From: Antedon mediterranea
Taxonomy: Eukaryota > Animalia > Echinodermata
Assembly: GCF_964355755.1 (NCBI RefSeq)
Contig: NC_092678.1
Span: 15,357,881 to 15,421,880 of the forward strand
Direction of reading: 5' to 3'
DNA length: 64,000 nucleotides
The first letter of the stretch is position 1. Each line of letters begins with the position of its first letter. A model generated the notes under the pieces. The model worked only from the letters and a program-made list of their open reading frames with translations. It was not told where the DNA came from and searched no databases. Below, piece after piece: positions 24,901-36,051 of the stretch. The position numbers were made by a program, and so were the translations under genes.

Positions 24901-26078
24901 AGGATGATGATGCTTTCCAAATCAACAGCCAACAACGATAGCAATGCATGCGTGCGATCGAGAGAGTCGAGTTAGTGATGCGAGACGAATCTTGAAGAAA
25001 ACACGAAAACTATAGCTAGCAGAATGCTAAGTTAGAATTACAGTTGGTAACTTTGATGTTGAATCTTATTCATTTTGGTGAATTTTTGTTTCGCTAACAG
25101 GAGAGGCCTAGCTAGGCCTAGGCCCGGATTTGCTGCTACTGTACTAGTCTACTTACTACTACTAGCACTGACAGTCTCGAGTAGCCTAACTGCTGCCTAC
25201 TTCTGTTTCTAGAAGTAGAGTGTAGTAGGCCTAGGCAGTACACTGCTAGCTAGGGCTACAGTAGACCACCACCAGAAGGGATGTATTTTTGTTTTATAAT
25301 TTTTTGTTTCTATCATGATGAATTGGTTTAATTTTTAAATATTTCAACTATCTATTCGGCAGAGAAAATTACCAAATAAATCTAAATTTTGTTTTGGATG
25401 TTTACTGATTGCAGTATTTATAATTTTAAAAATATTTTCTGCATCAAATGCAATAGGCCTAGGTTCAAATTAACATTCTGCAAATAAACATTTTATGCAG
25501 ATATTTTGACACAAATGTATTTTTTTTTTAGGTACAGTATTAACATCGATTGAACAATAAGAGCAAGTAGTGAGAAACATAAAATGTATCGTACAGTGGA
25601 AACATTAGTTAAAAGAAAGTACTTGTGCTGTGTATAAACTATAATTTATTACTTTAAATTTCCTTTTACACACAACACAAATAGGTTAAGCTTCCAAGTT
25701 TATTCAGAGTATACATATTTAACAATACATAATATTTATTTCTACTGATACTGTACAAGCAATGCTAACAACTACTAAAGCTTAATAATAAACTACATTT
25801 GGGCCTCTTGGGGGCTACCACTCATATGACATCGCTGTATTAAAGGTCCAGTGTGTTGTCACAGGAGCCAGTAAATCAAATGGTTGTTATTAAGTATATC
25901 GGTAAGGATGTAAGTGACATCCGTTAGGTAAATTGTGGAATTTGAGGGCAAAATAATTCCCCAGAATTATACCAGCCAAATGAGCGAATAAAATGAGTAG
26001 AAGCCCCCAAAGACAGTATCTTAGTTATAATAATGTATATAATTTTATTGTTGCTATTGTGGATGAGAACGGAGACAT

Positions 26079-26295
26079 AGAGGGTATTGGTGGAAGATGC
26101 GCCCAGATAATTGGATGAAGATCCAATGGAAGATAAGCGCTCCCCTAGTTGAACATGTGTATTTGGATGAAGATCCATTTTTTTTTTTTTTTTTTTTTAC
26201 ATGAAGCAACAGCAGGGAGGCCAGGATAATTGGATGAAGATCCAATGGGAGGAAAAGCACTACCCTAGCCGAACATGTGTATTAGGATGAAGATC

Positions 26296-26331
<36 letters not shown>

Positions 26332-26600
26332 CATGAAGCAGTGGCAGGGAGGTCTTTGATAAATGGATGAAGATCCAATGGGAAGATAAGCGCTCCCCTA
26401 GTTGAACATGTGTATTTGGATGAAGATCCATTTTTTTTTCACATGAAGCAACAGCAGGGAGGCCAGGATAATTGGATGAAGATCCAATTGGAAAAGCCCT
26501 CCCCTAGCCGAACATGTATAATGATTGGATGAAAATCCTTTTTTTTTTTTTTTTACATGAAGCAGCAGCAGGAAGGCCTGAATGAAGCAGTGGAAATGAG
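26079..26600. repeat. Minisatellite (GGATGAAGATCCA cores alternating with poly-T) immediately 3' of the YR ORF
   Basis: About 10 TGGATGAAGATCCA cores in alternating subunits, with variable T tracts up to ~30 nt. Confidence 0.85.
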
Positions 26601-26642
26601 CAAGTGGTGTGAGAGAGGGGAGGAGGAAGGAACGGAACGTTC

Positions 26643-27551
26643 TCACATGTCATTTTGTGCTTGTTTAACTACTTCTAGATTTGTTCTGATGTACCTAATA
26701 TAGCAGTTGGATGTCCAACGACCCATTGTTTTAATAACATGATCCTCCACTCCTGCAGCCGCAGCTGATGTTGCCGCCCCTATTCTAAACGAATGTCCGT
26801 GAAAATGACCACATATTTGTAGTATATCATGAAGCCAGGATAAGAAAGTTACTCGTGATAAGGGCTCCGTACTAGATTCGTTCTCTAGAAAAAGTGGCGC
26901 TAGTGGAGATGCCCCTTGTCTTAACCTAATAGCGATGTAGTTAGACATCGTTCTACCCCTGTTCTAAATGGGTCGATTTTAGAAGCCTTTAAACGAAGTA
27001 AAAAACATTGTGATTCCGGCTTTAATGTAACATCATTAATTTGTAGGTATGCACCTGACCCTCTTATACTTGTAAATTCGCCGCATCTTAAAAACCCATA
27101 GAAAGCTAATTTAAAAATACATTGTAACATCAGAAAGTATGGCGCACATATCGCTCAGGATTGCTGACGTTATCGGGGCGCGTTTTGCCTTACAGGTGTT
27201 TTGCGACTTCTTAATCCCTCGTAACACATAGTGGAGTCTGTTTGCCCCCACTGTAACATCTCGTAAACCTGCTTTAATATAGTGGAAACGTATTCCCGCC
27301 AGATACAAGTTGATTGTTTCAAATTTCAGATCTAGCGCTTTTTGGCAATGGGTAACAAAGTATATAAGTTGGTCTTCGTCAATTGGCGGAAGTGTTGCTT
27401 TCTTTACTGGTACGCCTGACATGGTCAAGAATGTTAGGAAACACCGCAATGCAGATTTATATACTCTCTTCGTAGAATCAGAAATAGAGTTGTCCCATAA
27501 CTGTTCAACTTGTAGTTTCAATTCATTAGAAGCTCTGAATGGTGCACGCAT
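26643..27551 (-). pseudogene. Tyrosine recombinase of the Ngaro-like element (three frame fragments)
   Basis: N-terminal SAM-like region (SDSTKRVY..ETINLYLAGIRFHY), AFYGFLRCGEF (first Arg), LKASKIDPF, HSFRIGAAT (HxxR), GRWTSNCYIRY (catalytic Tyr). Confidence 0.92.
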
Positions 27552-29180
27552 GGTGTCGGAAGAGCATTGGCTGTTGGTACAAGCCGTCGAAATTTCTGCA
27601 TCTGGTGGCGAGAAAGAGCATCAGCTATAACGTTTCGTTTCCCTGCAATATGAATGGCGCATATATGATAATTATGGATAGCAGAATGATATGTTAGTTT
27701 CCTCATCAATTTCATAATATCAGGTATTCTGGACCTACCCTTGGAGACAATTTCAACCGTGGCCATATTATCGCAAAAGAACATTATTCGTTTCCTAGAC
27801 CAATTATTACCCCATAATACACATGCCATGACGATGGGATAAAGTTCAAAGAACGCCATGGACGTCTTGTCCGTAAGGTATGTTTGTGGGAAATTTCCCT
27901 GAAACCATTCGTTCCGATATATACCACCAAACGATGTGCGTGTTGCATCGGTGTACAGCGAAATGTCATTAGCAATTGTTATGTTATTATTTAAAAAGAA
28001 AGATGCACCATTCCAGTGTTTTGAAAACAGGGACCACATCGCTAAATCGGTCCTACAATCTTTGTTGATACGTATATGATGGTGAAGTTTCTTAACTGTA
28101 GTTGACAGGCTGATTAAGTGCGATACAAATGAACGGCCAGGGTGTATGACCCTACAAGCAAAATGTAGATGCCCCAAGAGACTCAGTAATTCTCTTTTTG
28201 TACAGGAGACACGCTTACTGAATTCCGCTATTTTTTCTGTTGGTAGTCTCGCTTCCATGTTAATCGAGTCGAGGTATATACCAAGGTATTCTAACGACGT
28301 AGAAGGTCCTTCTGTTTTCTTTTCTGATAGCGGAATACCAAGGGTTTTAAACATATCCAGAAAACGTATTTTGGTTGACTGTGCGTTTGCCGTCGGAGAT
28401 TCAATTACAAGAAAATCGTCCAGAAGATGAAGAATATTATGAATGTTATAAACGTTAGAAGCTATCCAACAAACTGCTTGGGATAGTGTGTTAAATATTT
28501 TTGGACTTGAACGACAGCCAAAAACAAGTTGTTTAAAAAAGTAATATTGTTCCTTCCATTTAATTCCATGGTAGCATCTGAGTCCGGGGTGGATGGGTAT
28601 TATTTTGAATGCGTCGGTTATATCTGTTTTTATCAATAAATAATGCTCCACGACCCTGATTTTTAATAATTCTAATAGCGTCGTCTATTTTGACGTATTG
28701 TAGTGAATACTGCTCTTTATCTATAAGTTCGTTCAAGCTCGGGTTGTTAATATCATCGTGCGGAGCGGACAAGTCAACGATTAGTCTCTTTTTGTTTGAA
28801 TATTTGCCTTCTGCGATGCCAATAGGGTTTATGCGATATTGATTGTATGGAATAACGTTGTATGGGCCTAATAAATATCCCTTGGTAACTTCTGCTTTTA
28901 TCAATTCGGCAACCGTATCGGGTTGCCTTGTAGCCGATTTTAAGTTCTTACATTCAATCGATTGCTCTGGAAGTGATTTGATACCTGTAGAAAAACCATG
29001 TACCAACCCGTCTAACAAATAGTTCTTTAGATACGTGTATGGACACAGTGCCATATGCTTATGTAGCTGTTCAATATTTATAGGGGTGGTTATTGTTGTA
29101 TCGTAGTTAGCGGTTTCGTTTAACGTTGTGCAGTGGCCCCTATCATTTGAGGCCCCTGTCCGTTTTTTGACCACCTGCAC
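27518..29180 (-). pseudogene. Reverse transcriptase + RNase H of the Ngaro-like element (frameshift near 28640)
   Basis: KKRLIVDLS, KTDITDAFKIIP, LVFGCRSSPKIF, HLLDDF, YLGI. RNase H motifs YTDA, ELYPI, FCDN, HIAGKRNVIADALSR. Confidence 0.93.
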
Positions 29181-30324
29181 GCTGACTGTGAGTGGCCGCC
29201 TTTACATAACAAGCAAATGTGAGCTAAATTGCAGTTTCTCTTTACATACCCTCTATCACCGTTATAATTGTTGCAGATTTCTCTGCCTTGATGAAAGACG
29301 CGTCGTCGACCATACCAGTCGTTGTCTGCGTTAGGGATGGTCGTATTCCTAGTAGCTTTCTTAGGTAAGTTTTCGGATATATCGCAGAAGGCTGTACTGT
29401 GTAGTGTGCTGCTGCAATAGTTGCATGTGTTAGGGCGACTATTGGCAAAAATGTTACCGAAAAGCGTGTTATTTCGTATGGACCAGTCGACAAGGACATT
29501 GTTGTATCTCAAATGTGAAGCCGCAATTAAGCTAAATTGTTTGTGATATTCATAAAATAAAAACCATTTCCAGGGTATCGAGAAGCCATATCTACAATGT
29601 CCCTTTCGTATTTGTCGAGCTCCTTATATTTTTATAAATCCCAAAGGCTTGAATAAATTGTCCAATATTGAGGGATTTTGCCAATCGTGGATCGTGTTTG
29701 AACAAATTAAGTTCATCTTTATTGTCTCGGGGCGAAGCATTGAATGAAGGAAATAATAGAGAAGCAAGATTAATGTTCCTACCTGATAATATTTGTTGGC
29801 GGATTGCAGGTGATATAGTTTCCACCATGGGCAGTGATTCCGCAGCGTATCCAAACCTGGTACGTCCGTGTGTTCCTCTTTGTGAGGATTCTTCAACAAC
29901 AGTTGCCGACGTACTAGGCCGTTCGAATGCCTCGACTGCTGAATGAATGGAGAATGGCTCCAGTGTGATGTCCTCACTTGTCGGTGCTCTAGAGCTAGTG
30001 GCAGTATTATTGATTAGTGAAGGACTACCAACTGCCGGCTGTTGTTGAGAGCTCAGCAAACTCACTTTTTGTGTCAATGATGCTACATTTTGTTGCAGAT
30101 TTTGAACTGTTGTTGACAACTTAGAAACTAAGTATATCAGTACCCTCGGCAGCTTGAGGTTCGATTGCTGGCCGAGCAATAGTGGCTTCATTGAATAAGC
30201 GCAACAACTGTGCTTTCGTGGCCTTAGATGAGTGTCCAATTCCAAGTTTCTTAAGTTCACCTTTTAGTTTCGCTACTGACCAATTATCATACGGCGCTGA
30301 GCGTTTGCTTCTTGTTGGAGCTAT
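29120..30324 (-). pseudogene. gag-like ORF of the Ngaro-like element (frameshifted, likely ATG>ATA)
   Basis: N-terminal SAP/HeH-like WSVAKLKGELKKLGI..KAQLLRLF, central IRQQILSGRNINLASLL, C-terminal Cys/His fingers (CNYCSSTLHSTAFC; EICNNYN..CNLAHICLLCKGGH..C). Confidence 0.8.
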
Positions 30325-30912
30325 TTTAAAAATATCAGTAAAATTAATGAAACTGCCGTTGAAGAATAATAAATGAAATTGTGTCTCGAATAAATTGATT
30401 ACATATTTGCTTGAAATGTACTGAAATACGCACAGTAAACAAAATGATACAATAAACCGTTGTATAAATACTCCAAGTAAGATGAACGTTTTGATGAAGG
30501 TTGAATGATTCCTATTATGGAACAAAGGCTATGATATGGACAATTAATAGTACTGAGATTCAAAGTAATATATCCACAAAGTATCCAAAGATTGAAAAGT
30601 TTGTACAACTATCGAACGGCTAATTTAACAATGAAGTGTGCTAGTATGCATCTTAGTAAACAACTGAAAATACACTGAATTCCCATTGGTTGCCAATTAG
30701 AAATTAGTCTATCCTACATTTTTGTGGTTCCACTATTAGATATACCCGTTGGTCTATAGAAATACATTGTCAATTACTGTGGTTGGAACTTTGATAAAGT
30801 GTCTCCCTTGACTACTAAAATTCCGTTTTAATTACCTGTAAAAACAATATACCATTCATCCTAACACTTCTATTACTCTGAAATCTACCCACTTTTATAT
30901 ACCACATCCTTA

Positions 30913-31904
30913 GGCCCTGTTCAGACCCATGGCGTTAGACCGTTTTAGCGTACGACGCTAAAAGAATGTGTGTCTGAACAGTTGGGGATTAGCGTACAAC
31001 GCGTCGTACAACGGTTGTAGCGTTGTAGTGGAAAACGGTTGATAGTACCGTTTTAGCGTACGACGCTACTGTAAGTCAACGTTGTATCCAATCAGAACGT
31101 TTCCTGTTATGACGCGAAACAAGGTTTGACCTAGGCTGACATCTTGTATCGTCAATGTGTGAGATGGATTTCAATAACAAAAATGCCAGAATAAATAAGG
31201 CCTAACTACACTATAAATACAACTGTTACACAGGCTACAAACTACTATCAACTGATTACCATTATATTTTCTAACAAATGACATAAATACATGCACCTTG
31301 TATTTAAACATAGGGACTACGATCCCATCCGCTTTTAGGCCTAGCTAGGCCTAGAGCCATTCACGCATTTCATTCAAGCTAAAAACTAACGTGGGACATC
31401 ATCAAGTCACTCATTCATACAAGGCAGACTAGACTGGACAAGTTTAATGCTGAAAACGCCCTAACTCCTAAAAAATTCAGTAAACAAAGAAGGGGAGCTG
31501 TGTCCCTTTTATTAGCAAGTTAAGGGTTATTTTCAACCGACTGGACCAAAGAATATATATCCTTGACTGGACTGGATAGACTAATCACAATCAATTTTTT
31601 CTTCATCATTATGAGGCCTGCTTTATTTTCGTAACACAAGAGCCTGGGGAAAATGTTTTTTACTACAAAATAAAAACAATAGAAACAGAAATTTGGCCTT
31701 ACTATATTTTTCTTAAATAATGCTGAGGTATGTTTTATTTACGGAAAATTTTGTCATAATTAATTGTAGGGCTGAGATCTAGGCTAACGATAATCGTACG
31801 CTATGGGTCTGAACACCTCGTTTTTTTCTCTGCGGTTTGTAACGTGACCTTGCTAGTAACGTTGTACGCTAAAACGGTCTAACGCCATGGGTCTGAACAT
31901 AGCC
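30913..31904. mobile_element. PIF/Harbinger-like MITE inserted in the 5' region of the YR element
   Basis: ~40-bp TIR GGC(C/T)(C/A)TGTTCAGACCCATGGCGTTAGACCGTTTTAGCGTAC, TSD TTA (30910-30912; 31905-31907). Confidence 0.9.
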
Positions 31905-32808
31905 TTAGTTAAAAGAAAGTACTTGTGCTGTGTATAAACTATAATTTATTACTTTAAATTTCCTTGTATATTCTTCTATACGTTTCAACGTCAATATAGA
32001 CGTAGACGTACTTACGTAGCCTTGTAAGTAGAAACACAAACTGAACTAGAATATCTTGTGAAAAGAGTCTGAATTGAGAATAAGAAAGTAGAATTATTTC
32101 TTAATGTAACAAAAGCGATGCTGATCTATAAAACACAATCAGAAGACTAATTTCAACTATCAGTAAACTACAGAAATATTGGAGTAGTGGCCAATTCAAT
32201 TATATCGGTTTCATGATCAATGTGAAACTCGATGGCAGCGCAAACGCAAGCTGGTGGTGGTCCAGCATTAACGTCAGGCTAGTTATCGGGAGTTTCCACC
32301 GGAGAATAAATTACAATTTTTTTTCAGTGTTGTCAATGTACATAGTATAATACACATTTACGTCAGAGTAGGGAAATTTACGTCATTTACGTCAGGGAAA
32401 TTGTATTACCAATATTCAACACCATGACACAAAGATATTCCACAGAATTCAAATACAATTATCACATGTCGATACAGTACTGCTTACTTGGTTCACCCTT
32501 AGCCATCAGCGCAATCATGGTCAATAATATGATGAGAGACAACTGCTCAACGTCTGCTCATTGCAGGCTGTAGATAAGGGACAAAACTGAATAAATCAAT
32601 GGGTACCGGTTAGATCAAGAAACAAATTTGCGCTGATTACTAGCTGTATTATTATGGGAGTATGTTTCCATACGTCTAAGCAATGACCTGGTAATAATAT
32701 ATGCAGAGAAACTGAGAGCTTGCTTATGGGCTATAAGAATGAACTATTATTATCAACAATGGCGTCGTCTGTCAAATCATGGATTGACTCTCATGTTGAA
32801 TATCTTAA

Positions 32809-34200
32809 AGATGCATTTTCCCTTGAAACACAAAAAAATGAAGGTCAAAATATTATAAGTTTAAATTGGCCATATCAAAGTAATATTAAAGTTATTCACT
32901 TTAAGTCGAAAATTCAAGCCAAAAGCAACAAGTTTACGTAATTAATAGGTAAATTAGTTTGTTTACATTTCGTCTGGAAAATCGTCGCGAGCGAAAGTAA
33001 ACAAAGATTTCAAACCACGAGTACGCATTATGCATTATGCTAATTACAATTGTTTACAACTCGTCACGGTTGAGAAGGTATTTTCACACAGATCGTGAGG
33101 AAGTTTTATGATTATGCATACAGAGTAGCCAAACAAGCGCGTTTCATTATGGGATATGTTTTGATCGAAAGCTTTTTCTGGAAGTCAAAGTTATTTTTTT
33201 AACAAAAAAACGTCTGTATTTCAGTTAAATTATTTTTTTTGCGCGATAAATTTTTGGTGATAGCAAAGAATATATATCACAAGAATGAGTATTCCGTGAT
33301 TTTTGCATGAGAAATTTGTAACAGAGAGCTCCAGAGAGTGATTCCCGCCCTCATAAGGGCGGATGTATACATACAAATAAGACTTGATTTAATAGATATT
33401 ATACATGTCACATTAAATAGAATTATGATAATAGTTTTGCAATTGTAAACTATTTTATAATACATATTTATTAACAAACTAGTGTACATTCACTTTTACA
33501 GACAATTATTTACTAACATGCTAAGTTAGTTCACAAAAAAGGCCTATTACAGCAACACCTAAAGTCAACGAATCGTTACTCAGCACGGCCTATTCTTTAC
33601 CATTGCCCGTGTACTACTCTACGCCCGGTAAATTAAGTATTGTTTTTATGATATAAATTAGTATAAAATACATGTTATTAATAGGAAAAAATGTTAAATG
33701 TCATTAACATTTATTTGTTTTACCAGAAACAAGTTAAATATAGGAATATTATTAAACTATCCTACGTGAAAACGCGTAAACACCAACACGCCCGGTCACG
33801 CTATTGTAGCGCCCGGTTGATAAAGCAAACTGTTTATACGGCAGTTTTTACTAAATAAATTGCATAAAACGAACAATTAAATATCCAAATAGTATTTAAC
33901 ATGATGTTGGCATGTAGTTGACAACAGTTTTTATCATGAAAATACTACCGGTGGTCCAGCCTTTGATTAGTGAAACCGTCACAAAAAGTTGCATACATCC
34001 CAGATACATCCACACTTATGGCGGCGCCCTACCACATGGACAATATTACTGTTACAGGGAAAATCGCGGATTACTCATTCTTGTGATATATATTCTTTGG
34101 TGATAGTTAATAACTATTATGATACTTCAAAATGACCCACCTTTTTTCGAAATCTGTTATTTTTTATTTTTTTGGAATTAGTCAAAGGGACAATACATCT
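32809..34200. mobile_element. Kolobok-like MITE (inverted copy of 18990-19537) interrupted by a P-like MITE
   Basis: TTAA|AGATGCATTTTCCCT ... AGGGACAATACATCT|TTAA. The body is the reverse complement of 18990-19537. Confidence 0.88.
33264..34099. mobile_element. P-superfamily-like MITE
   Basis: TIR CAAAGAATATAT(AT)CACAAGAATGAGTA, 7-bp TSD GTGATAG. The uninterrupted host element is seen at 18990-19537. Confidence 0.85.
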
Positions 34201-35077
34201 TTAACGAGAAAATTTTACTAGAATTTTAAGAATATGTTATTACCCCACATACTTTAATCGTATAGCTTTAATACCTTCTTAATGTTGATATAGCGTGGGT
34301 AGTTTTAAACAACAGTCTTTCTGACTATGTTATTGACAACATTGGAATTATACTTTTATATTTTATTGACCTTTCCCATTATGTTGCTAATTAACTCAGG
34401 AGAATGAATATGGTGGTTTTTTATTTCAAAGTAAAATTGTACTCAATTAACTTTTCTAGTTCATTAATTAAATTAAAAGGCATGTGTGACCAACCCAATT
34501 ATAATAAGGTACTATCAATACACTCATCTTGACCAACTTAATTCTCGATCCTTACATACAGTATACAGATCAGAATGTCTTAAAAACGTAGCATGGATAA
34601 GTAATTTCACTCTTTCGTGGTAATAGACACTACACGCAATGTTCCCGGAACCACTCAATACTTTCGTAGGAAAAATCAGGTAATTACATAAAATGTCCCA
34701 GATATGTATTGTAGCCAACATTTTTACATTGTATCTCACGGAACGGTTCTAGGACACCTACCCCCTAGACAGTTACCCCCCGGATGTTTACCACCCGGAC
34801 AACTACCCCCTTAGGACAACTACCCCCCGGACAACTATCCCCCGGACAACTACCCCCTTAGGACAACTACCCCCTTAGGATAACAACCCCCCGGACAACT
34901 ACCCCCCGGACAACCACCCCCTTAGGACAACTACCCCCTTAGGATAACTACCCCCCGGTCAACTACCCCCCGGTCAACTACCCCCCGGTCAACTACCCCC
35001 CCCCCCCCCACCCCAATCCAAAAGTAGACAAATATATAGGACCGGTTTCTGTAAAAATGAAATCATCTGTTTTTAAC

Positions 35078-35459
35078 GGGTGTTTCGAAACTAGAGACCC
35101 GAGACCAGAGACCTGACACGAGACCCAATACGAAAAGGGAGACCTATATTTGGGTCTCCCTTTTCGTATATTAGGGTCTCCCTTTTTGTATAGTGGGTCT
35201 CCCTTTTCGTATATTTAGGTCTCCCATTTCGTATATTTGGGTCTCCCTTTTCGTATATTTGGTCTCCCTTTTCGTATATTTAGGTCTCCCTTTTCGTATA
35301 TTAGGGTCTCCCTTTTCGTATAGCGGGGTCTCCCTTTTCGTATAGTGGGGTCTCCCTTTTCGTACGTGGGTCTCCCTTTTCGTATATTTAGGTCTCCCTT
35401 TTCGTATTGGGTCTCGGGTCTCTGGTCTCTGGTCTCGGGTCTCCAGTTTCGAAACACCC
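35078..35459. mobile_element. Mutator-like MITE with (GGTCTCCCTTTTCGTATAT)n internal repeats
   Basis: TIR GGGTGTTTCGAAACT(A/G)GAGACCCGAGACCAGAGACC, 9-bp TSD GTTTTTAAC. Confidence 0.88.
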
Positions 35460-36051
35460 GTTTTTAACCGATTATTCTGTTTAACAGCACGCTAGACCCT
35501 AGATGTGCTAGATTTAAAGTACCGTATTTATTGAAAAAACGGCCTGGGCTGTTTATTGTTTAGGTGGTTTTTAGGTGGACATTTATTGGAAAAAAGTTGT
35601 TTATTCAATGGGAGGGGGTATAATCTAATGGAAATAGACGCCGATTATTCCATATGATGTTTCATGGGAGTGACATGGTCACCGTTTATTTGAGGGGAAT
35701 TTATTTAAAGATCGACGTTTATTCGGCGAGTGAACATTGAGGTCAAATATCAAAAGTGATATTATTCTTCAAGTGTACAAAAATACATATATGACAAATT
35801 TGAGACAAAAATTAATTCTTTTAAGACCAGTGGTTATCGAAGCATTGTCCTGACGCAAAAATTATTATTATTATTAGCGAACCCAGTCTTTACAGTAAAT
35901 ACATGGAGTACTATATAATACGTTCGACTATCCTATGATCATGTGTGACAATCTTCAGTTTATACCACCAGGCTATATTTATGTTCAATCTTTTACTTTT
36001 GTTTACAATAATGAATAGCAATTCGTCAAAGTAACGAATTAAAATATAGTT

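Larger units (their letters stand above)
25605..31965 (-). mobile_element. Tyrosine-recombinase retrotransposon (DIRS order, Ngaro-like), frameshifted
   Basis: gag - RT/RNase H - YR in overlapping frames on the minus strand. Identical 61-bp direct repeats at 25605-25665 and 31905-31965. TATATAAAAG near the 5' end (~30892-30901, minus). Confidence 0.9.

Noticed and set aside
26079-26600. CRISPR-like appearance of regularly spaced GGATGAAGATCCA repeats (also 20090-20990 and 52985-54030)
   Set aside because: The spacers are themselves repeated, there are no cas genes, and the context is eukaryotic. These are minisatellites.
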